The position numbers and the translations under genes are program-made. Under the pieces are notes generated by a model, which made no database searches, had not been told where the DNA came from, and saw only the letters and a list, made by a program, of their open reading frames with translations. From assembly GCA_951406725.2 (NCBI GenBank), contig OX597814.1, forward strand, positions 129,208,001 through 129,272,000: a DNA stretch of 64,000 nt, given 5' to 3'. Positions 36,431 to 49,003 of the stretch are shown here, piece by piece; the first letter of the stretch is position 1, and every line of letters begins with the position of its first letter. This DNA is from Octopus vulgaris. Lineage: Eukaryota.

Positions 36431-37169
36431 TCTAGTCTCTCTTATGGTAAAAGGTGTAAAAACACCATGTCTGCCCACTGTTTCCACATAGTAATTCCCA
36501 GATGCGTTTTTGGCTCTTTAGCCTTCCTCAATTAGATATACTGAGCACAGGGCAGATAAGGTATTTTTACACCTTTTACTGTAAGAGAGGATTCTTCTTC
36601 ATGATAACTACAATGAATTTACCTTTAGAAGTTGAAGTGTCAGAGACATGTTCAAACTTAGCAAAAGTTTCATTATTTCTCGTCACTGTTTGGTGCTGAT
36701 GCTGTTATTAGAATGAAATAACATTAAATGTTGGATGTCAAATAAGTCAGCATTGAATCAGTGATATGAAATTGTGGTAGCAGAACAGCTGTGCCAAACC
36801 ATCTCATTCCTCTCTGTGAGGTACACTGTGTAGTTGGTGCAGTACCCTGGAGTATGTGTTAGGTTTCACAGCATTAAGCAGTTGAGAGAGAGAGAGAACG
36901 ACATCTTCCCATCGAGATAGCAATGAAGATTTTAGCTCAGTGTTGTAAGCTTTGAATCTCAATAAATGGATTTATGACTGATGGAGTAGACAAGGAGAAA
37001 TATCATAAAATAGCTGCACGGTATAATTGGTCTTGAAATTTCTGGGAGATTTTAACACTGTGACAGATATCGGAAATGTTTGTTAGTTATGCACCAAAGA
37101 ACTTTACTGCTTCGTGGTTTATATTTCTAATTTGATGCAAATTTGGTGTCACTTATCATCAAAGTCACT

Positions 37170-38815
37170 AAAAGAGCTTGTATGTTGCCATTCAGAACTG
37201 CTTGAAATAGCAGCTAAAGATCCTCAAATTACACTATAGCATCTTAATGAGGAATGACACCTTGAATAATTCAGACTAGACATAGTATGCCTAGAAAAGA
37301 AATGTTATGGATAGATAGGTAAGTTTTCTCAATCAGCATTGAATTGTGTTTGGACAACAAATCAGAGCATTGAGCCTGCAGGGGAGCTGCTGTGTGGTCA
37401 CTTGACTTGCTAGAAATAGTAACCCCAATCTCCCTCAAATCTCATCATATCAATATATGAGGGATGTTTTATCACTTTAGATAAAAGAAAATAAGGAGAA
37501 TCAGTTAATTATGATTTTATTCAACATATTTCCCTCTTATTCAATATATTTCCCGACACTTATTGTAGCAGTCCTTAAGTTTTTCTAAGCCCTGTAAAAG
37601 ACCTTGGAAGGTTGGGCCTCTAACCAGGCCTTTCACAATACCTTTAAAGTCAGGAAATTTTTAGCACCTCCTCAAAGAACAGGACACACTGGACAACATA
37701 GTCCTATGTTCCCTATGTGTAGAACAAATGAGTCTGTAATTCCCCCTCATCTTCATGTGTGTTCATAGCATTTAGTTGTTTGTGACTACTTTATAATTCT
37801 AGAGTACCCCTGTTTGAGATATCCTGCTTTAGAGCAACGACACCAAATAAATGAGAGCCTTTAATTGGTCGTTCAACTTGCTAGAAATAGCAGCCAAAAT
37901 TCTCCTTGTATTGCACTCTTTTATCTTAAGGAAAGATAGGGATCACATAGTGTCTGACTAAAAGATGGATGGTCAGAGCTGGAATGCCATTCATCATAGA
38001 TCTAAGAAATCAGAGCTGACCTGGAGTTAAACAAATACAAAATGTATAGCAGCCTTACTGCTGTCAACTTTATGAACTGAAAGTAAGGCTTCAAATGGTC
38101 ATGCAACAGACCTAGAAAGAGTAGCCAAATGCCCTCAAATCATAATGTTTTAGTCTTAGAACAGGAAGGACACATTGGACAGTATAGGATTAAACAGAAA
38201 AAGAGAGGAAAACTTTTGATCATATGTTTGTTCCAACAGAGAGCTAAGCTGGGACTAAGTAACAACAACAACAACAATCACCACTGTTATCAACCAGCTG
38301 ATAGTGAGTAGAATGTTCTTATCAGGAATTAATTTAATTAACATTACTGATAATTAATATATTATCACTTGCATCTCTGTACCTTACCCTCTATCACCTC
38401 TATCACAAATCTCAACTTAATGCTCCACTTCCTATGTCCTATAATCTTCTTCCACCCCTTATCATCACCTTACCCACTCCTCTATAGCCTCTTAGTTTCA
38501 ATTTGTACCTGGTTGGCTGTGTTGCTAATTGGAGACTTCTACATTTCAGTGCATAAATGGTGGTGGTTGTGTAGTTGTTGTTGATGCTGTTGTTGTTTAA
38601 CCTCAGGTCAGGCATGATGGAGAAGCCCTTTGATCAAAAGCTTACTCATCATGGGCAACATATCTCCTGTCTTTTTTTTCTTTCATATGCAATCTATTTA
38701 GGAATATATTATCTTTGTGCATCTTTGCATTTATGTGATAGCAGGGTTTGATTTTAGGAAAATTAGGCTGCTATTTCTAGCAGGGGAAGTGAGCATTTAG
38801 ATGTCCCCTCATATG
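37170..38815. mobile_element. Cluster of old repeat F copies ((AAC)n-tailed, probably retroposon 3' ends)
   Basis: Motif cttgctagaaatagcagccaaatctccctcaaat...cagggctgacctggggctaaacaac at ~37190, 37400, 37870, 38100 (+) and 38590-38815 (-). Also at 1-165, 3055-3250, 12900-13070, 47880-48095 and 50560-50760. Confidence 0.7.
37458..37674. mobile_element. Degenerate mariner-like MITE inside repeat F
   Basis: ta|tgagggatg... and ...aggaaatttttagcacctcctca resemble TACGAGGG-type TIRs; interrupts an F copy. Confidence 0.45.
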
Positions 38816-39169
38816 CTAGATAGTAGTTGTGGTTGTGTTGGTGGTGGTTGTAGAATGACAGTGGAAGTGTTGTTGTGTAGCTCCAGGCCAACCTGACTAA
38901 ATATACGTAAGTCACAAAGCTAGCCAGAACTTAATTGTATGTGGCACCTTGGTGCTCTTTAAACATGTTGCATCTCTACTGTGCAGACTGTTTCTGTATT
39001 TCTAACTTCTGGTGGTGACCATAGCTGAGTTGGAGAAGATGAGCTCTCAAAAGATGCTGTCTGCTCCTCTACCTTTATTAATGGTGCTGTGATGTGCATC
39101 AAAGCACAAATGTTTGGAACAAATGACACTCTTGATGCAGCTGCTGCTACTTTTGCATGTGTGCATTTA

Positions 39170-39683
39170 AATAATAATAATAATGAAATTATTATCTACA
39201 GTGTTCAGGTGCACCACAACTTGTCAAAAGTTCGTATAAAGCATATGCAGTAATGTACAAATGTCTGGAAAGTGAACAGTGCATGAATCAGATACATGCT
39301 TGCATGTGTATGGAGGGGAGAAAATCAGGTGTAGTGTTGGCGAATCTCAGGAAGCATGGAAGTTTTGAAGGATGCAGTGCTCTGACAACTAACAACTGAT
39401 GTCAGCAGTTTGTTCCATACATCAGCAACTCTTAGCGTGAAATAATGTTTCCGAAAGTCATGGGAGCTGTGCTGTTTTCTGACTTTGTAAACATGTCCAC
39501 AGGTGTTAGACAGGTGGAATTTGAAAAGGTGCTCAGAGTTATTGTTAATAAGATGGTTAATAATTTTATGGGTGTCTGCCAAGTCAGCTGCCTGACGTCA
39601 GAGTTTCCATGTACCCATGCCCAGGGAAATACGGTGTTCAGAATATGGCAAATGCCTGATGGAGGGTATTCTCCTGGTTGCAC
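39170..39683 (-). mobile_element. CR1-type LINE 3' fragment (same family as 15012)
   Basis: Closely matching C-terminus ...SFKTSMLPEIRQHYT*, 3'UTR and (ATT)n tail. Confidence 0.9.
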
Positions 39684-39990
39684 GTTTTTTTATGTTTGTC
39701 TGGATTACAAGAGATGAGAGGAAGTGTTGCATTATTCTAGTAAAAGTGTGACATGGGAAAATGAACATTAAATGATGATGATGATGTGGTATACTTTTTA
39801 AAAGTGCATCTAAAGCACTTTGGTTTATAGGCTTCATGCTTAATGAGAGGATCATTAAGTAACACAGGATACTTAATGATTCTTTCAGCTCCTAATTGGA
39901 ATATTTTAATGAATCATTGTATGAAGTTTTTTTTTTCAACATTTATTTTTCTCAATATTTAAATAATTTTTTTAAATTCCTATGTTTTAG

Positions 39991-40054
39991 GTGGAGTGGA
40001 CAAGAATTGCCGGCCTCAAGTTTCAAATCTTCGACCTGGCAGTATTGCACACAG
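39991..40054 (+). CDS. GRIP1: GRIP-family coding exon B (PDZ1)
   Basis: ttttag acceptor, gtaaac donor, phase 1/2. Encodes (G)GVDKNCRPQVSNLRPGSIAH(R), similar to GRIP1 [22 protein letters not shown]. Its reading frame is missed by the ORF track. Confidence 0.93.
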
Positions 40055-40129
40055 GTAAACAAATTTTTCTCTTTTTTTAAAATTTATTAAAGGCTTTAAT
40101 CTGTCTTTATGTTAGATGTGTGTATATTT

Positions 40130-40460
40130 TCTCTTCAATGCCATCACGCTTCAGGACCAGTTTCTGCAACAGCCTGGGTTTCAAGGGCCCACAGCTTTTT
40201 AATATTCTCCCAAAGAGTCTGAGGAACTTGCACAAAGTAGATGTAGGGGTTTTTAAATTAAAGCTGGACCTCTTCCTGTCGAGAGCCCCAGATGAACCTA
40301 CCTCATGGTAAGAGGTGCAAATGAGGGTAGCTATATCAAACTCCATGCTTCACCAAGTGCCACATATTAGAGGAGGCTCTTAGTAATAACAGTGTAGCAA
40401 AACGGCAGTGCATCAGCATGGCCACAGCTCTGAGCTGAAACTAGAGAGAAAAAAAATAAA
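40130..40460 (+). mobile_element. CR1/L2-group LINE 3' fragment (different family)
   Basis: SLGFKGPQLFNILPKSLRN...VFKLKLDLFLSRAPDEP...ISNSM is a typical LINE ORF2 C-terminus. Short 3'UTR with a stem-loop and A-rich tail. Confidence 0.75.
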
Positions 40461-40850
40461 GGAGGAGGAAATCTTGTTGATCAAATACACCATTTCATCA
40501 CAGGGTGGCTAGGTGTGATGAAAACTCCTACCCCACTACCTGGTTACTAAGTAGGTAAGAACAGGGAGAGACAGAAAGACTTTCATAGTCCAAAATAATG
40601 ATAAATTCAATTCTGTGAATTGAATTTATTTAATTTTTTTAGCTCCAAGATGAGAAAGAGGTAGCAAAACTGGTTAAGTACCAAATCAAATTATCCTTAC
40701 AGTATTTATGTTTCTTTAACTTCTTGGTTCCCATTTTCCTGATTCCAGTCTAATGAAAGGTAATCAAATCACTTTTGATCTGTTAATAAAATAAGTATGA
40801 GTCAAGCAATGGGGTTGATTAAATCAACCACATCTCTCCGTATAAAATTT

Positions 40851-41042
40851 GCAGCTTTCTACCTCAGATAAAAGTCATAAATTTAGTTAGAAATAAAGAG
40901 CTGTTTCCATGCCATTTGTGGGCTTTCTTAGATAGGTGAAGTTAATGCAGCTTTGTACTTCAGATGAAAGTCATAAATTTAGTTATAAATAAAGAGCAGT
41001 TTCCATGCCATTTGTAGGCCTTCTTAGATTGGTGAAGTTAAT
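40851..41042. repeat. 96-bp tandem duplication
   Basis: Two units starting gcagcttt at 40851 and 40947, with a few substitutions. Confidence 0.9.
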
Positions 41043-41334
41043 GGAGATGATGTTAAGATTAAAAGCCACTATGACAATTGTAGAAAGGAAGGGACTTCGA
41101 GAAGAAAGCTGTTTTGGAGGAGGAATGTTTATGAAGGTTGTTTAGTGTGGTGGAATTTGGTGAATAAAGTTTTGTAAGGATATGAAATGAAGACATACTG
41201 TAGCTGAAAATGGTATGTAACCAGTGAGTAATTAAGAGCAGGAACTATTGTAATAATGGAGAAAGAGACCAAGAGAAAACACAGCATATTTCTGTGTCAT
41301 TGATTGTTGAGTATTGGATAGTAGGTCATAACTA

Positions 41335-41857
41335 CTGTAAATCCTTGAGTATAATCTACATTTTTTCCCCAAAATCTAACGGTCAAAATCCCTAGTGCGT
41401 ACTATATACGATGCTAAAAATGAAAAATATTTTCTAAGCAATGTCTGAGTCTCTATTTTCTGTCTGGCAATGTTTATTCAGATGCATTTTGTGATGTCAG
41501 GCACGAAAATACTTTAAGCTAAGCCTGAAAGCAATGAAGTCACAAAAGAATTATCCATAACTTGCAGTAAACAACATTTATTAAAATAAAAGTATTCAGA
41601 ACACAGAATAACATGTAACAAAAACAATTTGCAAACATATTTACATTCCCATATAACAGTTAAGAACATTACCGTTATTGTATTACGCATGCGCGGAAGT
41701 GTTTTTTCGACTAAGTGCCGCTGGCTTAATTACGCACGACTCAAGTTAGAGAAGAGGTGCATATTGTACACAAGGTTTAGGTTTTTCAGAGGCACAGCCC
41801 CCCTAATAATCCCCTGCATATTATACTCAAGGGTGGACTATACTCTAGGATTTACGG
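41335..41857. mobile_element. Tc1/mariner-superfamily (Tc2-like) non-autonomous DNA transposon
   Basis: TA|C(C/T)GTAAATCCT.GAGTATA...TATACTC.AGGATTTACGG|TA with subterminal repeats. A solo terminus is at 61789-61831. Confidence 0.8.
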
Positions 41858-42571
41858 TAATCATTTGGTTGAATTGGATGTTTGCTTGTGTGTATAACAG
41901 CAGCACTTTCTCAATTATATCAATGGTACTCTAATGTGGGTCACACTCATACATTATAGTTTGTTGGTCTTTTACATGAATGAATATGTAAATTAAAATG
42001 AATATGTAATTAATAACAAATTTTTTTTTCAATTATGTTCTCCATTCAATTACATTTATTCAATATTTTTATAGTAATTAGACCATATGTTTTGACATGT
42101 GTTTTAAATTTTAAGCTGTAGCATACATAAGTAACTTATGTCTACCTTTTCTATGTTGGCATGAGTTGAACAGTTTTTCTGAGAAGTTTTAATGTTTAAG
42201 TATCCTTCCAGTCGTCTCTTATGAAATGCAGGGACATGGGGTACCTATTCTAAAACCAGGGTGCACATAGTAAAGTACACATACTCATTCATTTCTGAGA
42301 TGTACTTGTTTAGCAAAGTGACTTCATGTGAAATTGTGTTGTAACTGAAACAATTGCACTGTGCAAGAGTCATGTTGGCCACTTGAAAACAATAAAACTG
42401 TTAGATTTGATTTTACTTATTCCTTAAGAATATCATCATATTCTAGTTAGTGTCACAAAGTTTCAGTACACTTCAACAAGCTGTCACTGGTGCACTTCAA
42501 CAGCATTTCATGTAGTGGAATTGTATTAGTGACCAGATTGCTGAAGTATGACATAGTTTTTTGGCATTTAA

Positions 42572-42793
42572 CCCTTTTGTTACCAACCCGGGCTGAAACC
42601 GGCACTGGCTTTGTAGTACAAATGTCTTGTTTTCCTAAGTTTTGAATTAAAATCTTCCACCAAACCTTAGTCACAATTTATGTTCCTAACACTAGCTGAA
42701 TGATAACTAAGTTATTTTACTAAATTCTTTGTTATATCCAAAGTAATTAAAAGAAACTCAGAGCATCTCAAAATAAATACAGTAATGAAAGGG
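42572..42793 (+). mobile_element. piggyBac-like MITE P1
   Basis: TTAA TSD, 222 bp. Confidence 0.9.
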
Positions 42794-44576
42794 TTAATAG
42801 ATAATGCTATTACAATGGTAAAATATTCTATTTGTTGAGTATTATCTAAAGATTAATAATTGAAGAAGGAACTTGAAATCTTTAAATTTCTTAATAAGGA
42901 ATGCTGAGAGGTTCTCATATATCCACTTTCATAAATAGAAGGGATGTGCTCAAGACCTATCCATAAAACTCCCGAGACTAGCTAAAAGAATGGTAACGAA
43001 ACTTGATTTATGAGTTTCCCTTAGATCAAAGAAATGGTCCATATGCTTATAGTTGATTAGACTCTGTTAAAGGCACCATGTGACATGGTGTTGTTTCTAA
43101 TCCAAGTGAGAGATTAAATATACTATCCAAAGATAGGCAAATGCCTTCTGTTGAGCTTGTGTTAGCCTGAAGCTATATGAGACAATATTTTCCCAAGGTG
43201 CTCTGATTTAGGATTGAACCCATAAGCACATCGGTGCAAAATGAACTTCTTAACCACCTGCCCATATCTTCCCCTATAAAATTAAGCTAAAACGCTTTGA
43301 GTGGAAATCAAAATTGAATTGCTGGTCTGAAGGAGAATAACAGTGATAAAGAAGTGAAGAACTGATTTTGTTCAATAATAACACTTTTGAAAGACCAGCT
43401 ACCAAACAGACTTTGTACACCTATAAATACTGCATCACTAATAGCAGTTAATGGTAGAATAAGTTTTCTCGAAATACGATGCCTTCATTATAAGAAATTA
43501 TTTCTGTATTTGAAAGAAAAATTCTTTTACATCTTAGGAGAATGTAAATTCATCCAAACTAAACGAAGTGTAGAATAACAAATAAAATGGTTTATTATAT
43601 TAAAATCTCAGGATGGAAAAATATATTCTCCATTTGTTGATAATTCATTGTGGCAGTGACAAGTTTATTCAACCATAAGAAGATGATGTTATGTTTGGGA
43701 GCTTCATTTTTGATCTCTTAGGTAAATACTTAAAACAGATAAATGTTCTTGATTAGAGATGAACACAATTGTTCTACAAGACTTGTTGATAAAATATATT
43801 TTCCAAATTGTATATATGTGTATGTATGTGTGTGTGTGAATTCATACAAGTGAGTATACATAAATGTATGTTCTCTTTTATTATTTTACTTGTTTCAGTC
43901 ATTTGACTGTGGCCATGCTGGAGCACCGTCTTTAGTCAACCAAATCGACCCCAGGACTTATTCATTCTATATATAATTTATGCATGAACTACAAGGGAAT
44001 CTGCAAGATGTGCAAGTGTGTCTGTATGTGTGCATATACACAATAAATATGAAACATTCATGTCTCTCTGCAGTGGCCTATGCATTTTGGGGTACACACA
44101 ATGAAAACTGAGCTGGGATTTGATGTAGAAAAGGGATAAGTTTTGATATGCAGTGGAATGAGAAATCATGGTTGATCTTAATATGAACTCTAGTACTGTC
44201 TGTTGTTGTTCAGCAAGACAATATCTGTGTAACCAATAAAAGTAATATCTCAGCTGATAATTCATAGCTTGTCTGTTTTGACAACATTATGGTTACAACT
44301 GCTACAACAATTGCAGCAAGTGGTAACATTGAAACTGTGGGTGACCCCATAAGTTTGTTTATATTATATCCTGAGCACTCAGTGCTGATGGGGCTTGAAG
44401 GTTCTGCTAATACCATACGAATGGGCACCTCAGCTAATTGGTTGAGAAAATGAATAATGTAAATTGAAGCTGGCATACTGTGGGAAGATTAGATGAAATT
44501 GAGAGTAATCTGTAGATTTAAGCTCACATTGCTGGCCACAAATACACTATGATTTGCTACACACACACACATACAA

Positions 44577-44662
<86 letters not shown>

Positions 44663-44666
<4 letters not shown>

Positions 44667-44870
44667 AATCCAAACATGAAAACACAAAGAGAAAACACAA
44701 CGCGAGGACGTGGAACAAGTATAGTGTTATTGGATGCTCAGGAAAGGAAAAAAAGTCGGAGGATTTAACGTTTTGAGCAGAGCTCTTTATCAGAAACATA
44801 GAAAAAGGAAAGGTCCAAGGAAGGGAAGACGGAGGGAAAAAATCGACAATGATACACACGTGGTCACACA
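44663..44870 (-). mobile_element. Penelope-like fragment (same family as 7157)
   Basis: Colinear with 7157-7350, same boundary gttaatccaaacatgaaaacac adjoining (TA)n. Confidence 0.6.
44763..44797 (-). ncRNA. Decayed copy of the 7260 hammerhead motif
   Basis: Minus strand GUUU CUGAUAA A GAGC-UCU-GCUC AAAA CGUU AAAU. Changes relative to 7260 are mostly CpG-type transitions. Confidence 0.5.
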
Positions 44871-45180
44871 TATATATATATAGAGAGAGAGAGTGAGATA
44901 GATATAAAACCTTGCCAGATGGTTAATGAAGATCTACTCCCCAACAATTTACAAATCTACAGCCAATGACACAGAGATGTGCTGTTTCCTCCCTGCCACT
45001 TTCTCCATTACTGCAATAGTTTCTGCTCTTAATTACTCACTGGTTACATACCACTCCATCTGCAGTTTGATTTTATTTCATATCCTTACTGATTCTTATT
45101 TCCAAAGTACATAAATATATACACACATTCCCTCACTTTTTTTTTTTAATATCAGAGCTATTTTATTTCCCTTTCCATAG

Positions 45181-45326
45181 ATGCGATGCTCTTGAAGTTG
45201 GCGATTTCATACTGTCTGTGAATGGCATTCGTACATCAGCCTTGAAACATGAAGAAATAGTGAATCTGCTGAAGAATGCTGGAGAGCAAGTCATACTAGA
45301 GGTGGAATATGAAGTTCCTGAATCAG
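45181..45326 (+). CDS. GRIP1: GRIP-family coding exon C (end of PDZ1)
   Basis: ctttccatag acceptor, gtgagg donor, phase 2/1. Encodes (R)[48 protein letters not shown], with the PDZ motif VGD-IL-VNG. Confidence 0.95.
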
Positions 45327-45835
45327 GTGAGGACCGATTCCAGAACAAACTTGTACATGTACCATTTTGATTTTTCTGTTTTTAACTGGAGTCAAAAAAA
45401 ATAAAAAGAAAAAGAAAAGAAGGAAAAAATAAACCTTTAAGATACAAATTAACTGATGTTGTTGCTTAGATTGTGGAACAAACAAATCCAATAACCCAGT
45501 TTTCAGTTATGTAATGATTCTAGTTATAAGAAGTACTTTCATTGTTCTTACCTATTTACCATTAAAACAAGTTCTAGAGTTTCACGTGGGTGAGAATGGC
45601 CATGAGTGATATGGCATTGCTATAAGCAGGAAATGTTGAAAAAAACTTCCATTTCTGTTTGCTTTAACTGGATAATTTTTCAGTATACAGTACTTTAAGT
45701 TGGCTTTATATAAAGATTCTTTATAAGCAAAATTGTATTTCTCTTTGCCATGCATAACATTTTTTTTATATTTCATTAAAATTTTTTATATGTTAATATA
45801 TGATGTAAATCACATATACTGATTGTAAAGTGCAA

Positions 45836-46310
45836 CATCATCATCGTCGTTGTTTAATGCCCGCTCTCCATGCTAGCATGGGTTGGACGATTTGACTGAA
45901 GACTGATGAACCAGATGGCTGCACCAGACTCTAGTCTGAACTGGCAGAGTTTCTACAGCTGGATGCCCTTCATAACACCAACCACTCCGAGAGTATAGTG
46001 GGTGCTTTTACATGCCTCCGGCACGAGGGCCAGTCAGGCAGTACTGGCAACGACCACGCTCAAATGGTGTTTTTATGTGCCACCTGCACAGGAGCCAGTC
46101 CAGCGGCACTGGCAATGACCTCGCTCGAATGTTTTTCACATACCACCGGCACAAGCGCCAGTAAGGTGACACTGGTAATGATCACGCTCGAATGGTGCTT
46201 TTTACATGCCACCAGCACGGAGGCCAATTATCTGTTCTGGCAACGATCATGCTTGGATGGTGCTCTTAGCGCTCCACTAGCACGGATGCCAATCATCGAA
46301 TTTGATTTCT
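45836..46310 (-). mobile_element. Element E
   Basis: Common 3' end, about 4-5 internal units. Shorter copies at 11984-12385(-), 17300-17483(+), 25247-25424(+), 33014-33172(-), 33638-33866(-) and 54717-54915(-). Confidence 0.88.
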
Positions 46311-47050
46311 GAATTGGATTGCCTATGTTCAGTCCACTGCAACTCAAAAGCCTCAGCATGTTCTCTCCATGAACTATAGCCTGAACTTGAACTTGAGATC
46401 ATACTGGTTTGATGAACCTACTTTGCTACACTGGCTTGACATGGCTTGGCAGAGGAGTGCACTTCTTATACTCTTACACAGCAGTAGTTAAATCAATTAC
46501 ACTGACCCCAGTACCTAACTGGTCCTTATTTCATTGACCTTGAAAAGATGAAAGGCGAAGTCAACCTCATTGGAATTTGAACTCAGGGTGTAAGGAAGGA
46601 TAAAACACTGCTGTTTTTTGCCCAGTATGCTAACAATTCTGACATTTAGTGTTATTTTACATGCATGCATGCATGCATACATACATACATCATACATACA
46701 TACATACATGCGTGCACATAGACACACACACACACACATACATATGTACACACACGTCTTAGTTTGACATTAGATTTGTGCATGAAATTGGGTAGACAAA
46801 ACTATCGCAGATCATTGGATGGACTATATCTGTAGTTCAAAGGACTCTCTGTGTCACACTTTGTGTTGTACTGATTCTATCGGAGGATTATGTTAAGGGT
46901 ACCTGTGTTTACGGAATACTCTGCCACTTACATGCTAATATAATGAGAGGGTAGCTTAGTTGATCGACTAATTGAAATATTCATTGTCAAAGTTGACAGA
47001 GAATCCATTTTTATATATACATATGAGTGTGTGTACATATGTATATATAT

Positions 47051-47431
47051 GTGGAGGTGCAATGGCCCAGTGGTTAGGGCAGCGGACTCGCGGTCATAGG
47101 ATCGCGGTTTCGATTCCCAGACTGGGTGTTGTGAGTGTTTATTGAGCGAAAACACCTAAAAGTTCCACAAGGCTCCGGCAGGGGATGGTGGTGATCCCTG
47201 CTGTACTCTTTCACCACAACTTTCTCTCACTCTTACTTCCTGTTTCTGTTGTACCTGTATTTCAAAGGGCCAGCCTTGTCACTCTCTGTGTCACGCTGAA
47301 TATCCCCGAGAACTATGTTAAGGGTACATGTGTCTGTGGAGTGCTCAGCCACATACATGTTAATTTCACGAGCAGGCTGTTCCGTTGATTCGGATCAACC
47401 GGAACCCTCGTCGTCGTAACCGACGGAGTGC
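47051..47431 (+). mobile_element. SINE-C full length, tail X
   Basis: tggcccagtggttagggcagcggactcgcgg...ggtttcgattccc. CpG-rich, so relatively young. Confidence 0.9.
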
Positions 47432-47440
47432 TTCCATGTG

Positions 47441-47564
<124 letters not shown>

Positions 47565-48148
47565 AATACATATATATATATACACATATATAAATAAACA
47601 AAGGTAGATACATATACACACCCACATGTGTCATATATCCTCTTCAGCCAAAAGTGTGTCACTTCAGGATGTGCTATTAATACAATTTTGCACTTATTTT
47701 TTTATATAGTATTTATTTCACATTATCTGCACTAAATATAAATGTTGTATAGTATCCTTTAAAAATGTGGCATTTATTTTATAAAAGAATATTTAAGTTA
47801 ACCTTAAATATATATTGTAATGTTAAACACGCCCTGTTTCAGTACCATGCTACTCTATGAGTTGGCAAAGGAATTTCTGTCTAGTTACTCAACCTGCCAG
47901 AAATAGCAGCTGAGTGACATCTCTATACCATTATCACCCTTCACACCGTTGTCTTTCAAATCACCACCATGTACCATTATCTTAAAATGGGAAGGACACA
48001 TTAGATGATGTTACTTCAGGATATACACACTGACAGGATGGTCATGAGTAGAATGTCTTTAATTATAGGTCCACTCAATCAATGCTGACTTCAGAAGGAC
48101 ATTTTCTGTAATAGCTCTACTGTTACAGGTATATATATATGCCTGACT

Positions 48149-48487
48149 GTGAAGGCACATGGCTCAGTGGTTAAAGCCTCGGACTCACAGTCGCAAGGTG
48201 GTGAGTTCAATTCCTGGACCGGGCTCCATGTTGTGTTCTTGAGCAAGCCACTTTATTTCACGTTGCTCCAGTTAACTCAGCTGTAGAAATGAGTGCGACA
48301 TCACTGGTGCCAAGCTGTATTGGCCCTTTTGTCTTCCCCTTGGATAACATCATTGGTGTGGAGAGGGTAGGATGGTATGCATGGGCGACTGCTGGCTGTC
48401 CATAAACAACCTTGCTCGCACTTGTACCTAGGAGGGTAACTTTCTAGGTGCAATCCCATGGTCATTCATGACTGAAGGTAGTCTCCC
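48149..48487 (+). mobile_element. SINE-D head/core with tail W
   Basis: Same head and core as 18540 but a different 3' half. Inverted copy at 52562-52903. Confidence 0.85.
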
Positions 48488-48583
48488 ATATATGCCTGAC
48501 TTCTAGACAGGCATGCATACGTGTAACGTTTAGCCCATTTTACTGTAAGCCAAAGGGCTGATAGTGTGTCACAGAAAGCTTAA

Positions 48584-49003
48584 TCCTTTAGCATTTTAAC
48601 CTGCCATATCCGGCCCAAATATTCTGTCTGTTTTATATTCAAACCAGCTAGATCTGCTCTCTCTCTCACATAATCTACAATGTCATTCTAAAATTAAACA
48701 ATTTTATCATCAAAATTGATATGATGAATATCAATTTTGATATTCATCATATCAATACCTTGTAGGTGAATTTGGTAGACTGTATGTACATGTGTATCTA
48801 TATGCATATCTGTTAGTGTTTGTTTCCCATCAGTTGACAACCAGGGTTGGTTTGTTTGCATCCCTGTAACCTAGCAGTTCAGTAAAAAGCAAATAGTTAT
48901 CAGAAAATACAAATAAGTATCAGATATGATAATGCATGATTAATTCAAAACAACATGAATAAAGAAGCATTATATTTTACAAAGGAATCTGAATGCCAAA
49001 GGA
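48584..49003 (+). mobile_element. piggyBac-like MITE P2 with nested SINE-A fragment
   Basis: TTAA|TCCTTTAGCATT...AATGCCAAAGGA|TTAA. Confidence 0.75.

Noticed and set aside
45163-45348. Antisense ORF over exon C
   Set aside because: Shadow of the real plus-strand exon.
47051-47125. tRNA gene
   Set aside because: A/B boxes are present, but the sequence continues into a multi-copy SINE body and a full cloverleaf is not supported. The same applies to the other SINE heads.
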